A stretch of 64,000 nucleotides of DNA from Candidatus Marinacidobacterales bacterium (GCA_965224085.1 CBDCYI010000005.1:1952001-2016000), one strand, 5' to 3'; positions 41,539-52,025 are shown, counted from the stretch's first letter. The notes: a model not told the origin generated them from the letters alone. A program made the numbers and translations.

Positions 41539-42719
41539 GCGGGCGGCGGCCGGCGCGACGGTTGGACGACGTAGAGATCTCGGGCATTCGAGAGGTCCTC
41601 GAGGCGCTCACCGCATGGTCCGGTGAAGGCAAACCGATACCGTTTCACATGGGGATGCCCGACTTCGACACGCCCCAGCACATCAAGCACGCGCTCTACG
41701 ACGCGGTCGACGAGGGATTCGTGCGCTACACGTCGAGCCTCGGCATTCCGGATCTGCGTGCCGCTCTGGCGCGAAAGCTGGCTCGTGAGAACGGTATCCA
41801 GGCCGACCCCGACAGGAATCTCGTCATCACTTGCGGGGCGAACGAGGCCATCAGTGCTGCCATCCTCGCTCTCGTCAACCCGGACGACGAGGTGATCCTT
41901 CCCGATCCGGCCTGGCCTCACTACGTCTACTGCCTCCGTCTCGCGGGCGCGAGGCCGGTCCAGTGCTCCCTCCGCGAGGAAGAAGGATTCGCCATGACGC
42001 CCGAGGCGGTCACCTCGCTCTGGAGCGACCGGACGCGTATGGTGATTATCAACTCGCCGCACAACCCGACCGGAGCGGTCATGTCGCGCGACCAGATTGA
42101 AGCGATCGCAACGATGGCCCGGGACCGGGGTGCCTGGCTCCTTTCGGACGAGCCCTACGAGCGCATGGTCTATGAAGGCGAGCATGTGAGCCCCGCCTCC
42201 CTTCCCGACATGGAGGATGCGGTCCTCACCGTGGGTTGCCTGTCCAAAACCTACGCCATGACCGGGTGGCGGCTCGGCTATCTCTGCGGTCCCGCGCAGG
42301 CGGTGGAGAGCGTCAACCGCGTTCATCTGTACACCGTCAGCTGCGCGGTTTCCTTCGTTCAGAAGGCGGCGATCGCAGCGCTCGACGGCGACCAGAGCTG
42401 TGTCGACGACATGGTCTCTGCCTATCGCAGGCGGCGGGACCTCGTCGTCTCGCTGCTTCGCGAGATTCCCGGTGTTCGCACCGAAAAACCCGCCGGCGCG
42501 TTTTATGCCTTTCCGAACGTGACCGCCTTCGGCCTGCCGTCGAGGGAGGTGGCGATGCGTCTGGTCCGCGAAGCGGGCGTCGGCGCCGTGCACGGATCGG
42601 CCTTCGGAGCAGCTGGCGAGGGCTACCTGCGGATCGCCTACGCCTGCTCGGAAGAGGAGATACGCGACGGAATCGGACGCATGAGGGAGGTGCTCGCCAC
42701 CTTGCCCCATGGTGCATGA
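41535..42719 (+). CDS. class I/II PLP-dependent aminotransferase
   Basis: 'GMPDFDTP', 'NSPHNPTG', 'SDEPYE' and 'SKTYAMTGWRLG'. Confidence 0.92.
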   Translation: MSGRRPARRLDDVEISGIREVLEALTAWSGEGKPIPFHMGMPDFDTPQHIKHALYDAVDEGFVRYTSSLGIPDLRAALARKLARENGIQADPDRNLVITCGANEAISAAILALVNPDDEVILPDPAWPHYVYCLRLAGARPVQCSLREEEGFAMTPEAVTSLWSDRTRMVIINSPHNPTGAVMSRDQIEAIATMARDRGAWLLSDEPYERMVYEGEHVSPASLPDMEDAVLTVGCLSKTYAMTGWRLGYLCGPAQAVESVNRVHLYTVSCAVSFVQKAAIAALDGDQSCVDDMVSAYRRRRDLVVSLLREIPGVRTEKPAGAFYAFPNVTAFGLPSREVAMRLVREAGVGAVHGSAFGAAGEGYLRIAYACSEEEIRDGIGRMREVLATLPHGA

Positions 42720-42732
42720 CAGGAATCTCGCC

Positions 42733-43665
42733 ATGACCGACGGCCCGAAGCTCAGCAACTGGGGTCGCTGGGGCGACGACGACGAGTTGGGCACTGCGAA
42801 CTTCCTGACACCCGAAGCCATCGTTCGTGCCAGCCGTCTGGTCAAGAAAGGCCGCGTTTTCAGTTGCGCCATTCCTCTCGACGATCGCGGTCCCGTTTAC
42901 CCCGGCCGGTTGCCGCCGAAACACGTGATGACGTTGTCGGGAGCCGATTACGCGGCGGGACAACGAGGGTTCGGCGACTACCCGGAGGGCGGGATGAAAT
43001 TCGCCGATGATTATATCTTTGCCGCCCTTCAATGCTCGACGCAGTGGGACGCTCTTTCCCACGCCTGGTATGGGGAGCAGCTCTTCAACGGGTTCAGCCA
43101 GAGCTACGTTCGCGGGAGCACCGGGGCCCGTCGCCTGGGTATCGAGAAGCTCTACCGGCACTTTGTGGGCCGGGGTGTGCTCCTCGATCTCCCCCGGGCG
43201 GTGAACGACGGAGAGCGACTGAAGCCGGGCTACGCCGTGCCCGCGACCGATCTCGACAAGGCGCTGGCACTCGCGAACACGGAGGTTCAGACGGGTGACA
43301 TCCTGCTGGTGCGCACCGGGCACCTGCCCTGGTTCTACGAGCTGAAAGACAAAAGCGAGTTCTGGGACGGTGCCCCGGGTCTCGGCGAAAGCACCGTTTT
43401 GTGGCTGCACGAGCGTCAGGTCTCGGCGGTTGCGGCAGACAACATCACCGTCGAAGTCCAGCCGGCCGAAAGAGCGGGCGCAAGCCTACCGCTGCACGGA
43501 ACGTTGATTCGGGATCTCGGCCTCACGCTGGGAGAGATGTTCCACCTGGAGGAGCTGGCCGAGGATTGCGCCGTCGACGGTGTCTACCAGTTCTTCTTCG
43601 TCGGCCAGCCGCTTCGAATCACCGGAGCCGTGGGCTCACCCATCAACCCGCTCGCCATCAAGTAG
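42733..43665 (+). CDS. cyclase-family (kynurenine formamidase-like) metal hydrolase
   Basis: 'SNWGRWGDDDELGTAN', 'QCSTQWDALSH', 'GRGVLLD' and 'GSPINPLAIK'. Confidence 0.88.
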   Translation: MTDGPKLSNWGRWGDDDELGTANFLTPEAIVRASRLVKKGRVFSCAIPLDDRGPVYPGRLPPKHVMTLSGADYAAGQRGFGDYPEGGMKFADDYIFAALQCSTQWDALSHAWYGEQLFNGFSQSYVRGSTGARRLGIEKLYRHFVGRGVLLDLPRAVNDGERLKPGYAVPATDLDKALALANTEVQTGDILLVRTGHLPWFYELKDKSEFWDGAPGLGESTVLWLHERQVSAVAADNITVEVQPAERAGASLPLHGTLIRDLGLTLGEMFHLEELAEDCAVDGVYQFFFVGQPLRITGAVGSPINPLAIK

Positions 43666-43675
43666 AGGCCAATCG

Positions 43676-44524
43676 GTGCTGCGACACTCGTTCGTTCTTC
43701 TTGTCACCGCTACGCTGCTCCCGCTTTCTTGCCGCGGCGGTGGCGGTGGAGGGGAGGCACCGTCGCTGCTCGACGAAATCCCCAGACGCGGCGTGATGCG
43801 AGTGGGTGTCGAGTGTGTCTACAAGGGTACCTGCTTCGTGGACCCCGAGACGGGCGAGGCGGTGGGGTACTCGGTCGAGCTGACGAACCTCATGGCCCGG
43901 GACCTCGGCGTTACGGTGGAGTGGGTCGATCTCGAGTGGACCGCACTCATCCCCGCGATCACGACCGGCAATGTGGACATCGTTACCCAGGGGATGACCA
44001 ACACCCCCGAACGGGCCAAGGTCGTCGAGATGACGAGGCCGATGGACTACTATCCCGGCGTTCTGATCCTGCCTGCCGATAGCCCCTTGCACGACCAGGC
44101 AACTCTCGACGAGTTACTCGCAGTCCTGAACACTCCCGAGCGAACGGTCTCTTTCCTGCTCGGCGGCTCACAGGAGAGCACGGCGAACGCTCTCTTTCCG
44201 GAAGCAACCCATCGGGCACTGGACGTTGCGGCTGCGTACATGGAGCTCGTGAGCGGACGCGCCGACGCCATGATTGCGGACGCTTCTGACGCCTGGGACA
44301 TGACCCGCGAGAATCCCGCAGGCAAGATCTGGCGCGATCAGATCGTCTACTCCCTCTATGGCTGTATGGTGATCCGGGCCGGCGATCAGCGATTTTTGAA
44401 CTGGCTCGACAACTGGATCGACTACTACACGTCCAACCAGACGCTCTGGAACGTGAAGCTGAAATGGAATCGAGAGCGCGGCGTCCCCGACTGGATGCAA
44501 GTACTGCCGCCGTCTCTCGATTGA
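43676..44524 (+). CDS. polar amino acid ABC transporter substrate-binding lipoprotein
   Basis: Lipobox 'LLPLSC' and family-3 SBP motifs 'LARDLGV...WTALIP...TPER'-like. Confidence 0.85.
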   Translation: MLRHSFVLLVTATLLPLSCRGGGGGGEAPSLLDEIPRRGVMRVGVECVYKGTCFVDPETGEAVGYSVELTNLMARDLGVTVEWVDLEWTALIPAITTGNVDIVTQGMTNTPERAKVVEMTRPMDYYPGVLILPADSPLHDQATLDELLAVLNTPERTVSFLLGGSQESTANALFPEATHRALDVAAAYMELVSGRADAMIADASDAWDMTRENPAGKIWRDQIVYSLYGCMVIRAGDQRFLNWLDNWIDYYTSNQTLWNVKLKWNRERGVPDWMQVLPPSLD

Positions 44525-44548
44525 GAGCCGGCGAGGCGTTGGTTCCCT

Positions 44549-45316
44549 ATGCCCGATGAGATTCTGCGGCTGGTCAACCTGCGAAAATCGTTCGGTGAGA
44601 TCGAGATCCTGCGCGGCATCGACCTCCAAGTGCGCCGAGGCGAGACTGTCGTTGTCATCGGGCCGAGTGGAAAAGGGAAGAGCACCCTACTGAAGTGCGT
44701 CAATCTGATCACCGTCCCGGACTCCGGGCAGGTGTTTTTCATGGGCCAGGAATACGCCGAGAGCGTGCGGAAGAAGGGGCTAGGGCTGAGGGCGAACCCC
44801 GAGCTTCGTTTTCTGAGGACCCACATCGGACTCGTCTTCCAGCAGTTCAATCTCTTTCCGCACTTGAGCGTCCTCGCCAACGTCATGCTCGCGCCGGTGC
44901 GCGTACTCGGCATGTCGAAGGACGAAGCGCGAGACAAGAGCCTCAAAACGCTCGAGAGAATGGGCCTCACCGGAAAAGTGGATGCGGTTCCTTCGAAGCT
45001 CTCGGGCGGCGAGCAGCAGCGGGTCGCGATAGCCCGTGCGCTCATCATGGAGCCCGAGCTCATGCTGTTCGACGAAATCACGTCGGCCCTCGACCCGGAG
45101 CTGGTGGGAGACGTCGTGAGGGACATGAAGCAGCTGGCTGAAGACGGCATGACGATGATCGTCGTCACTCATCAGATGAGCTTCGCCCGGGAATGTGGCG
45201 ACCGCATCCTTTTTCTCGACGAAGGCGTGATCGTCGAAGAGGGAAGTCCGGAATCGATGCTCTCCCATCCCGAGGAGGAACGGACGCAAGCATTCCTGCG
45301 ACGAATTCGCGTTTGA
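44549..45316 (+). CDS. amino acid ABC transporter ATP-binding protein
   Basis: GPSGKGKST, 'FQQFNLFPH', LSGGEQQR and '[11 protein letters not shown]'. Confidence 0.95.
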   Translation: MPDEILRLVNLRKSFGEIEILRGIDLQVRRGETVVVIGPSGKGKSTLLKCVNLITVPDSGQVFFMGQEYAESVRKKGLGLRANPELRFLRTHIGLVFQQFNLFPHLSVLANVMLAPVRVLGMSKDEARDKSLKTLERMGLTGKVDAVPSKLSGGEQQRVAIARALIMEPELMLFDEITSALDPELVGDVVRDMKQLAEDGMTMIVVTHQMSFARECGDRILFLDEGVIVEEGSPESMLSHPEEERTQAFLRRIRV

Positions 45317-45325
45317 GTGACTGGT

Positions 45326-46000
45326 ATGAACCTCGACTTCGGTCCTGTTCTAAAGAGCGCACCATTCCTCTTGCAGGGCCTCGGGATGACCCTCTTCGTC
45401 ACCGTCGTCGCGATGACCGTCGCGCTCCTGCTCGGTCTACCCATCGCTCTCATGCGGCTGTCCGCCATCCCAACGCTGAAACTAGTCTCCGCCGTCTATG
45501 TGGATTTCTTCCGTGGGCTTCCCCAGCTGGTCTTCCTTATGTGGATGTACTTCGGTGTCGTCGTCGCCTTCGGACTGAAGCTTTCTCCCCTGCAGGCGGC
45601 GATCGCCTGCTTGGCCATTCAGGAGGCCGCCCATCTGGCAGAGATCTACCGGTCGGGAATCGAAGCCATCCCTCGAGAGCAGACCGAGGCTGCCCTGTCC
45701 CTGGGACTCACCCCACTTCAAGCGTTCAAGGATGTGGTGTTCGCGCAGGCCCTTCGGATCGTCACGCCTACGATCGGAAACGACTTCATTGGAATGCTCA
45801 AGGGCTCGGCGCTGGTCTCGATACTCGGTGTGTACGAGCTCATGAGGGCGGCGCAGGCCCGGGGAAACTACTTTTTCCGTCCCTTCGAGTTCCTGACGAC
45901 CGCGGCCGTGATCTACGTCGTCATCGCGCTCGGACTGGGAGCGGTCGTCTCGAGGCTCGAGACCCGTCTTGCGAAAACGTCGGTGTCGGAGGCCTCGTAG
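45326..46000 (+). CDS. amino acid ABC transporter permease
   Basis: 'FRGLP', 'AEIYRSGI' and the EAA motif. Confidence 0.92.
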   Translation: MNLDFGPVLKSAPFLLQGLGMTLFVTVVAMTVALLLGLPIALMRLSAIPTLKLVSAVYVDFFRGLPQLVFLMWMYFGVVVAFGLKLSPLQAAIACLAIQEAAHLAEIYRSGIEAIPREQTEAALSLGLTPLQAFKDVVFAQALRIVTPTIGNDFIGMLKGSALVSILGVYELMRAAQARGNYFFRPFEFLTTAAVIYVVIALGLGAVVSRLETRLAKTSVSEAS

Positions 46001-46006
46001 GACGGC

Positions 46007-46660
46007 ATGTACCGCTTCAACTTCGCCCCCGTCCTCGAGCAGTCCGATCTGATCCTGAAAGCGATGGGGATGACGCTTCTCATCACCGCGGTATCGATGG
46101 TGCTCGCGGGCATCCTCGGGCTCCTGGTGGCGGTCTGCCGGCTCTCGCAATCCCGCGTTCTGGCCACACTGGCTCGCGGCTACGTGCAGCTGTTCCGTGG
46201 GATTCCTCTCTACGTCTACATCATCTGGCTGTATTACGGCCTGGCGCTTCTGCTCGGCATCACTTTCTCACCGTTCCAGGCAGGCGTGATTTGTCTTTCG
46301 ACGCTCTATGGCGCGTACCTGGCGGAAGTCGACCGGGGGGCGCTCGCCTCGATTCCGAAAGAGCAGAAGGAGGCGGCACTGGCTCTCGGACTGACGCCCT
46401 CGCAGACCTTCTGGAGCGTCGTTGTTCCGCAGGCGGTTCGGAGAGCGCTTCCGCCGACCACCAATCTGTTTGCGGTGATGCTCATGGACTCATCGCTCGT
46501 CTCGGTGATCGGAGTCATGGATTTGATGCGCCTCGTCCGCATCGGCGCCAGCGAGTCCTTTCGTGCGCTCGAGTTCTACACCACAGGCGGCGTTATCTAC
46601 GTCGGCCTGGTCCTGGTCATCACTCGACTCTCTCGGCTGCTGGAGAGGCGGTTTCGCTAA
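46007..46660 (+). CDS. amino acid ABC transporter permease
   Basis: 'FRGIP' and 'EAALALG'. Confidence 0.92.
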   Translation: MYRFNFAPVLEQSDLILKAMGMTLLITAVSMVLAGILGLLVAVCRLSQSRVLATLARGYVQLFRGIPLYVYIIWLYYGLALLLGITFSPFQAGVICLSTLYGAYLAEVDRGALASIPKEQKEAALALGLTPSQTFWSVVVPQAVRRALPPTTNLFAVMLMDSSLVSVIGVMDLMRLVRIGASESFRALEFYTTGGVIYVGLVLVITRLSRLLERRFR

Positions 46661-46675
46661 GGAGGAGATAAGAAC

Positions 46676-47428
46676 ATGATGGAACGAACCGTGTTGGACG
46701 CGATTCGCGAAAGAGGTGTGCTTCGCATCGCTGTCGAGTTCAATCCCCCGCCGGAGGAGGGAGGATTTCCTCCCGAGTTCTACATTGATCCCAAGACCGG
46801 AAAGCCATGGGGCATCGCGCCGATCATCGGCGGACTGATTGCCGAAGACCTCGGTGTCGAGCTCGAGTGCGTGGACCTTCCGTGGCCCGAGCACATCCCG
46901 GCTCTGCTTTCGGGGAAGGTCGACCTGCTTCCCAAGCATACGAACACGCCACAGCGGGCCCTCGAGGTCGAGTTCGCCACCGGGCGTCTGACCGCTTACA
47001 GAGTGACGGCGCTCATCCCCGCCGACAGCGAGATCACCGACAAGCGCGAGCTCAATCAAAAAGGCAAGGTCGCAACGGTGTGGCACGGCTCTTCTATCCG
47101 GGATATCATCCTGAAAGAGTTCCCGAAGGCCACGATGAGGGAGCTCAAAAAGCCTTCCGAGGAAGTCGAGCAAGGACGCGCCGACGCCTGTCTAACCGAT
47201 TCGGTGACGAAAATCTTCATGGAGAAGCATCCCGGTCTGAAGTTTCTGAGGGACGAGGAGGGAAAGCTCGTCATCTTCTCGCGCGAAGTCGTGCATCCTT
47301 CCATAAAGCCGGGTGACGCCCGTTTCCTCAACTGGCTGAACAACTGGCTGGAGTACCATCACGCACAGGGTACTCTCGGCTACTGGTGCGATGAATGGTG
47401 GGAGTCCTGGATGGCCGACAACGAGTAG
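46676..47428 (+). CDS. family-3 substrate-binding-fold protein lacking a signal peptide
   Basis: Strong AGGAG RBS; starts directly with MMERTVLDAIRERGVLRI; 'IPALLSGKVD' and 'TPQRA'. Confidence 0.8.
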   Translation: MMERTVLDAIRERGVLRIAVEFNPPPEEGGFPPEFYIDPKTGKPWGIAPIIGGLIAEDLGVELECVDLPWPEHIPALLSGKVDLLPKHTNTPQRALEVEFATGRLTAYRVTALIPADSEITDKRELNQKGKVATVWHGSSIRDIILKEFPKATMRELKKPSEEVEQGRADACLTDSVTKIFMEKHPGLKFLRDEEGKLVIFSREVVHPSIKPGDARFLNWLNNWLEYHHAQGTLGYWCDEWWESWMADNE

Positions 47429-47459
47429 GCAGTCGAAGCAGAGCTCGCACGAGGGCACT

Positions 47460-47572
47460 TGGTGCCAACGAATTCAATGGAGTACGTTTCTGAAAGCACA
47501 CTGGGGAGCCATCGCCGCGACGGACTTGTTCACCGTCGAAGTGTTGACAAGGTCCGGACCGGTGCCAGGCTT
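47460..47572 (+). pseudogene. internal fragment of an integrase-core transposase
   Basis: 'WSTFLKAHWGAIAATDLFTVEVLT'. Confidence 0.75.
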
Positions 47573-47589
47573 CTCATCGGAAGGCCTCC

Positions 47590-49746
47590 TTACGGAGTGG
47601 TGGGCGTAACGACGCTCACCGTCGTGCCCGAAAGAGCGAAAACAAAAATAGCGTTGATTCCACGGGTCGGCTTGATCTCGGTATGGACGGAGAGAACACG
47701 CCGTTCCGGCACGGCGGTCGCGCCACCGACGGGCACCGCGACGTATTGACGGCCATCGACCCCGTAGCTCACCGGATGCGCGGAGACGGGCGCACTCAGA
47801 ATCGTCTCCCAGAGCACCTCGCCGGTTCGATCGTCGAACGCCTTGAAGCGTCGATTGACGTCGCCTCCGAAAACGAGGCCTCCGGCAGTGGCCACCAGGC
47901 CGCTGATCATTCCCGCACGCTGTTGATGGAGCCAGGCCGTCTTCCCCGTCTCGATGGAGACGGCGTCGACACGCCCGACCGGATAGGGCTCCTGCCGGAT
48001 CGAAGGGTCCTCCACGAAGAAGACCGTCGAAGCGTAGCCGTCCTCGGGACGGGCGGACTCCGTGCTTCCGGTGTGGAGCATGCAGAGGTTCTGCTGCGGC
48101 TGGTACATCAAACCGGTGAGCGGGCTGTAAGCTCCCGCCGGCCAGTTCTTGCCTCCCGAACGGGCGGGGCAGACGAGAATCTCCTCGTACGCATCCACCA
48201 CCAGCTCCTCGTTGATGTGGACTCTTCCACTCTCCAGATCGATCTTCGTCACGAGGTTCTGATAGAGGGTCTCCTTTGCCCACAGGAACTCGCCGGTCTC
48301 TCGGTCGAGGGTGTAGACGATACCCGTCTTACCCGGAATGCCAGTGACCACTTTTCGCGTCTCGCCACGTTCGGCGCGAGGGCTGATCCATTCCACCGAG
48401 TCCGGGTCCGGCGCCACCCGCGTCTCGACCAGGTAGCGCTCGAAGACATGATCGAGATCCCAGTTGTCGCGGGGCAGGTGCTGGTAGTACCAGACGATCT
48501 CCCCGGTATCGGCATCGAGAGCGAGCGTACAGTTCGAGTAGAGGACGTCCCCTCCCGGCGTTCCCCGAACGCGTTCCAGAGAGGGCGCGGGCACGGATGT
48601 TCCCCAGAAGATCAGGTTCAGCTCCGGATCGTAGCTTCCCACGCTCCAGGCCCCGACGTGGCGCCGCTCCTCGTACGGAAGCTCGCCCCAGCTGTCGCCG
48701 CCTGGCTCGTCCGGGCGAGGGATCAGTCGTGTGCGCCAGAACTCCGATCCGTCATCCGGATCGTAGGCGGCGATATAGCAGACGTCCGGGCCCTCGACCG
48801 GCGAGCAGGAGCGGCCGTTGACGATCTTGCCGTTTGCGACGATAGGTCCGGAAGAGAAGTTGCCCTCGACCGGAACCTCCCAGACGAGCTCGCCGGTGCG
48901 GGCATCGAGCGCAATCAGATACGGCTCGCCCTTCGTGAAGTGGAAGATTTTGTCCTGGTAGATCGCGATGTTCCGCACGCGCGTCTTGCCGGCGGTGATG
49001 GGACCGCGGCGGTACTCCCAGATGAGGTCGCCGTTGCGCGCATGAAGCGCCTGGATCACGTCCCCCGGATTCGCCAGGTACATGACCCCGTCGTGCACGA
49101 GAGGCGTCGTTTCCTGCTCGCCCGGCTCCATGGCGCGCGACCAGGCGAGTTGCAGCCGCGAGACGTTCTCCCGGTCGATCTGGCCGAGGGGGCTGTAGGC
49201 CCAGGCGTCATACGTTCGGCGATACATCAGCCAGTCACCGGGCGGAGGGCTCTCGAGCACCTCCGAGCTCACCGGAGTGAACTCCTCGACCGTCCGTTGA
49301 GCGAGCGGTTGCAGCTCGATGTCCCTCACGTCGGGATAGCTGAGCGAGCGTACGAACGCCACCAGCGCGACCAGGTCGTCGCTGCGGATGTGGGGGTGGG
49401 CAGGCATCTCGAAGCCGCCGTAGCGCACGAAGTTGGCGAGGTCCATATCGGAGAGGTAATTCATCATTCGAGGATCGGTCTGGTCTTTCGGCTTCGCGGT
49501 CAGATCGCGCGACAGGGGCCCTTCACCGCGCCCGCCGTCCCCGTGGCAGGAAGCGCAGTCCTTCCGGTAGAGCTCGGCACCCTGCTCGAGCGTCGCGGGG
49601 GTCAGGACCAACGACGCGACCGCGGGCGCAATCCCTTCTCGCGGTGGCGGGTAGACAGGAATGTCTTCGTGTTCCCTGTCGTCTTCACAGGCAAACAGTC
49701 CGACGACAAGAAGGCAAGCGGCCAATCGATGATCGAACCGCATCAT
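47590..49746 (-). CDS. lipoprotein PQQ-dependent dehydrogenase with N-terminal cytochrome c
   Basis: Lipobox 'GLFAC', CASCH, 'DWLMYRRT..YSPLGQID', 'WDLDH' and 'GGKNW'. Confidence 0.88.
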   Translation of the reverse strand: MMRFDHRLAACLLVVGLFACEDDREHEDIPVYPPPREGIAPAVASLVLTPATLEQGAELYRKDCASCHGDGGRGEGPLSRDLTAKPKDQTDPRMMNYLSDMDLANFVRYGGFEMPAHPHIRSDDLVALVAFVRSLSYPDVRDIELQPLAQRTVEEFTPVSSEVLESPPPGDWLMYRRTYDAWAYSPLGQIDRENVSRLQLAWSRAMEPGEQETTPLVHDGVMYLANPGDVIQALHARNGDLIWEYRRGPITAGKTRVRNIAIYQDKIFHFTKGEPYLIALDARTGELVWEVPVEGNFSSGPIVANGKIVNGRSCSPVEGPDVCYIAAYDPDDGSEFWRTRLIPRPDEPGGDSWGELPYEERRHVGAWSVGSYDPELNLIFWGTSVPAPSLERVRGTPGGDVLYSNCTLALDADTGEIVWYYQHLPRDNWDLDHVFERYLVETRVAPDPDSVEWISPRAERGETRKVVTGIPGKTGIVYTLDRETGEFLWAKETLYQNLVTKIDLESGRVHINEELVVDAYEEILVCPARSGGKNWPAGAYSPLTGLMYQPQQNLCMLHTGSTESARPEDGYASTVFFVEDPSIRQEPYPVGRVDAVSIETGKTAWLHQQRAGMISGLVATAGGLVFGGDVNRRFKAFDDRTGEVLWETILSAPVSAHPVSYGVDGRQYVAVPVGGATAVPERRVLSVHTEIKPTRGINAIFVFALSGTTVSVVTPTTP

Positions 49747-51665
49747 TCTCCCTCGTCCGGAAGCGCGAAGGCCACGAGCGTGGCATCTTCGCCGAAGCCG
49801 GTGGCGACGACCACGAACTGCCGGCCACGGCGCGAGCGGTAGGTCATGGGCGTTCCGGTCGTCGGGCGGGGGAGCGCTCCGTGCCACAGCGCCGCTCCGC
49901 TCCGCGCGTCGAACGCGTGAAGCGCCCGATCGCCACCGCCCACGAAAACCAGGCCCCCTTTGGTGACAATCGCACCGGGAGGTCCCGGCGCTCCGAGCTG
50001 CTCCGGCAGCCGAGCATTTCTGAGCGCCGGATGGCGCCGAAGCTCCGGCCAGTCACCGAGCGTCACGCGCCAGGCGATCTCGCCGCGGTTGAGATCGATC
50101 GCCGTCAGATGTGCGTACGGTGGCTTGATGAGCGGAAGACCGTTGGCGAACGAGGCGTTCATGCGTGATACTACCCACTCGGCATCCGTCGGAACCCGCT
50201 CCGGCAGATGGCTCTGCGACGGGACCTCGCCGGCGGGACCGGGCCGTTCGAGGCGTGTGATCCGGAGCGTGTCGGACGTCTTCACGTAGAAGAGGCCCGT
50301 CTCCGGATCAAAAGCTCCACCACCCCAGTTCGCACCGCCGAGTGAGCCAGGTAGCTGAAGCGTGCCCTCGAGGGAAGGCGGCGTGTAGATCGGTCCCCGG
50401 CGGTACTTCTTCAGCTCGGCCCGGGCCGCTGCCTCGAGCTCCGGGGTCAGATCGAAAGCATCCTCGAGGAACACACCCTGTCGGGCAAACGGCGGGGGGC
50501 GCGTCGGAAAAGGCTGGGTGGGCCATGCCTTCTCCCCCGGTACGTCGCTCGAAGGCACCGGCCGCTCCTCGATGGGCCAGACGGGCTCGCCGGTGACGCG
50601 ATCGAACACGAAAGCGAAACCCATCTTGGTGACCTGCACGACCGCATCGATCGTTCGCTCCTCGCCGTGAAGCGTCACGAGGACGGGAGCGGCGGGAGGG
50701 TCGTAGTCCCACAGTCCGTGGTGAACGAGCTGATAGTGCCACTTGCGCTCGCCCGTCATCGCGTCGAGACAAACGAGCGATTCGGCGAAGAGGTTCTTGC
50801 CCGGTCGTTTTCCTCCGTACCAGTCGTTGCTGGGAGTGCTCACCGGGAGATAAAGAAGGCCTCTCTCCTCGTCGAGACTCATGGGCGGCCAGACGTTGGC
50901 GTGCCCGGTGAACTTCCACGAGCCGTCCTCCCATGTCTCGCGGCCGAACTCGCCTTCCCGTGGAACGGTATGGAACGTCCAGACCAGCTCTCCCGTCCGG
51001 GCATGGAAAGCGCGCACGTCGCCGGGCGGGTCGTTGTCGAAGATGAGCCAGTCCGGAATGTGGCTTCCAACGATCACCAGGTCCCGGTAGACCACCGGAG
51101 GCGAGCGGGTCTCGAAGTGCGTCTTCTCCACCGGCCGATCGAACGTCTCGACCAGATCCACGACGCCATCACGGCCGAAGGCTCCCACCGGCTCACCGGT
51201 CACCGCGTCGAGCGAGACCAGCTTGTGTCGGGCGTTGATGAAGATTCTGAGACGTCCCTCGTCTCGCCACGCGGCCACGCCCCGGTGCGCAAAACCGATT
51301 CCAGTGAAGCCGGGACCGAGCCGGTAGGTCTTTGGATCGTAAGTCCAGAGAGACTGACCCGTCTCGGCGTCGAGGGCAACGACGCGGCTGTAGGATGTGC
51401 TCAGATAGAGAACGTTATCGATGAGAATCGGCGTGGCCTCGAACTTGCCCGGTCGGGTCCCGAACGCCTTCTCCGCTCGCTCCCCCGTCTGCCACTCCCA
51501 GGCGATCTCGAGCCGTTCGACATTACCGCGGTGGATCTGCTCGAGCGAAGAATACTTGGTGGCCGCCTGGTCGGCGCCGTAATTGGACCACTCCTGGGCG
51601 ACAGCGCCGGGGCCCACTACGCACGAGATCAGCGAGACGACGAGCGAACGAACAACGTGTTTCAT
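49743..51665 (-). CDS. PQQ-dependent glucose/quinate-type dehydrogenase, secreted
   Basis: Signal peptide, 'FEATP', 'HRGVA', 'HHGLWDYD' and 'GGANWGG'. Confidence 0.9.
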   Translation of the reverse strand: MKHVVRSLVVSLISCVVGPGAVAQEWSNYGADQAATKYSSLEQIHRGNVERLEIAWEWQTGERAEKAFGTRPGKFEATPILIDNVLYLSTSYSRVVALDAETGQSLWTYDPKTYRLGPGFTGIGFAHRGVAAWRDEGRLRIFINARHKLVSLDAVTGEPVGAFGRDGVVDLVETFDRPVEKTHFETRSPPVVYRDLVIVGSHIPDWLIFDNDPPGDVRAFHARTGELVWTFHTVPREGEFGRETWEDGSWKFTGHANVWPPMSLDEERGLLYLPVSTPSNDWYGGKRPGKNLFAESLVCLDAMTGERKWHYQLVHHGLWDYDPPAAPVLVTLHGEERTIDAVVQVTKMGFAFVFDRVTGEPVWPIEERPVPSSDVPGEKAWPTQPFPTRPPPFARQGVFLEDAFDLTPELEAAARAELKKYRRGPIYTPPSLEGTLQLPGSLGGANWGGGAFDPETGLFYVKTSDTLRITRLERPGPAGEVPSQSHLPERVPTDAEWVVSRMNASFANGLPLIKPPYAHLTAIDLNRGEIAWRVTLGDWPELRRHPALRNARLPEQLGAPGPPGAIVTKGGLVFVGGGDRALHAFDARSGAALWHGALPRPTTGTPMTYRSRRGRQFVVVATGFGEDATLVAFALPDEGE

Positions 51666-51973
51666 ACCGTTTCCGCGGGAGAGATGTTGGCGGCCGTCGA
51701 GCCCTTGGTTTTCGACCTCGTCAGAACGAACATGAACTCGTAGACTCGATCCCTCGCCAGCTCCTGCGTCACCAGGTTCTCGAGAATGTAGATCCCGTTC
51801 TGGGTAAGAAGCATCTGGTGGACCGGGTCCGACTCCTCCGAGTCCTCACTCGGCAGGACTTCGAACCCGTTGTTGGCCGCCCCCGCCATAGCGACTCTCC
51901 GGTCGATGAGCCACTGGGCCGCTTCTTTGCCGATCCCGGGCTCACTCGCGCGAAACCGTTGATTGTCTTTCAT
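51662..51973 (-). pseudogene. cyclase-family protein, C-terminal fragment
   Basis: 'EPGIG..AAQWL...VHQMLLTQNGIYILENL...KGST'; the N-terminal metal motif is absent. Confidence 0.7.
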
Positions 51974-52025
51974 TCTACCTCTCGAGAGATGCCGGTGATG
52001 AAAGCCGCCTCGGTGCCGTGGACTT

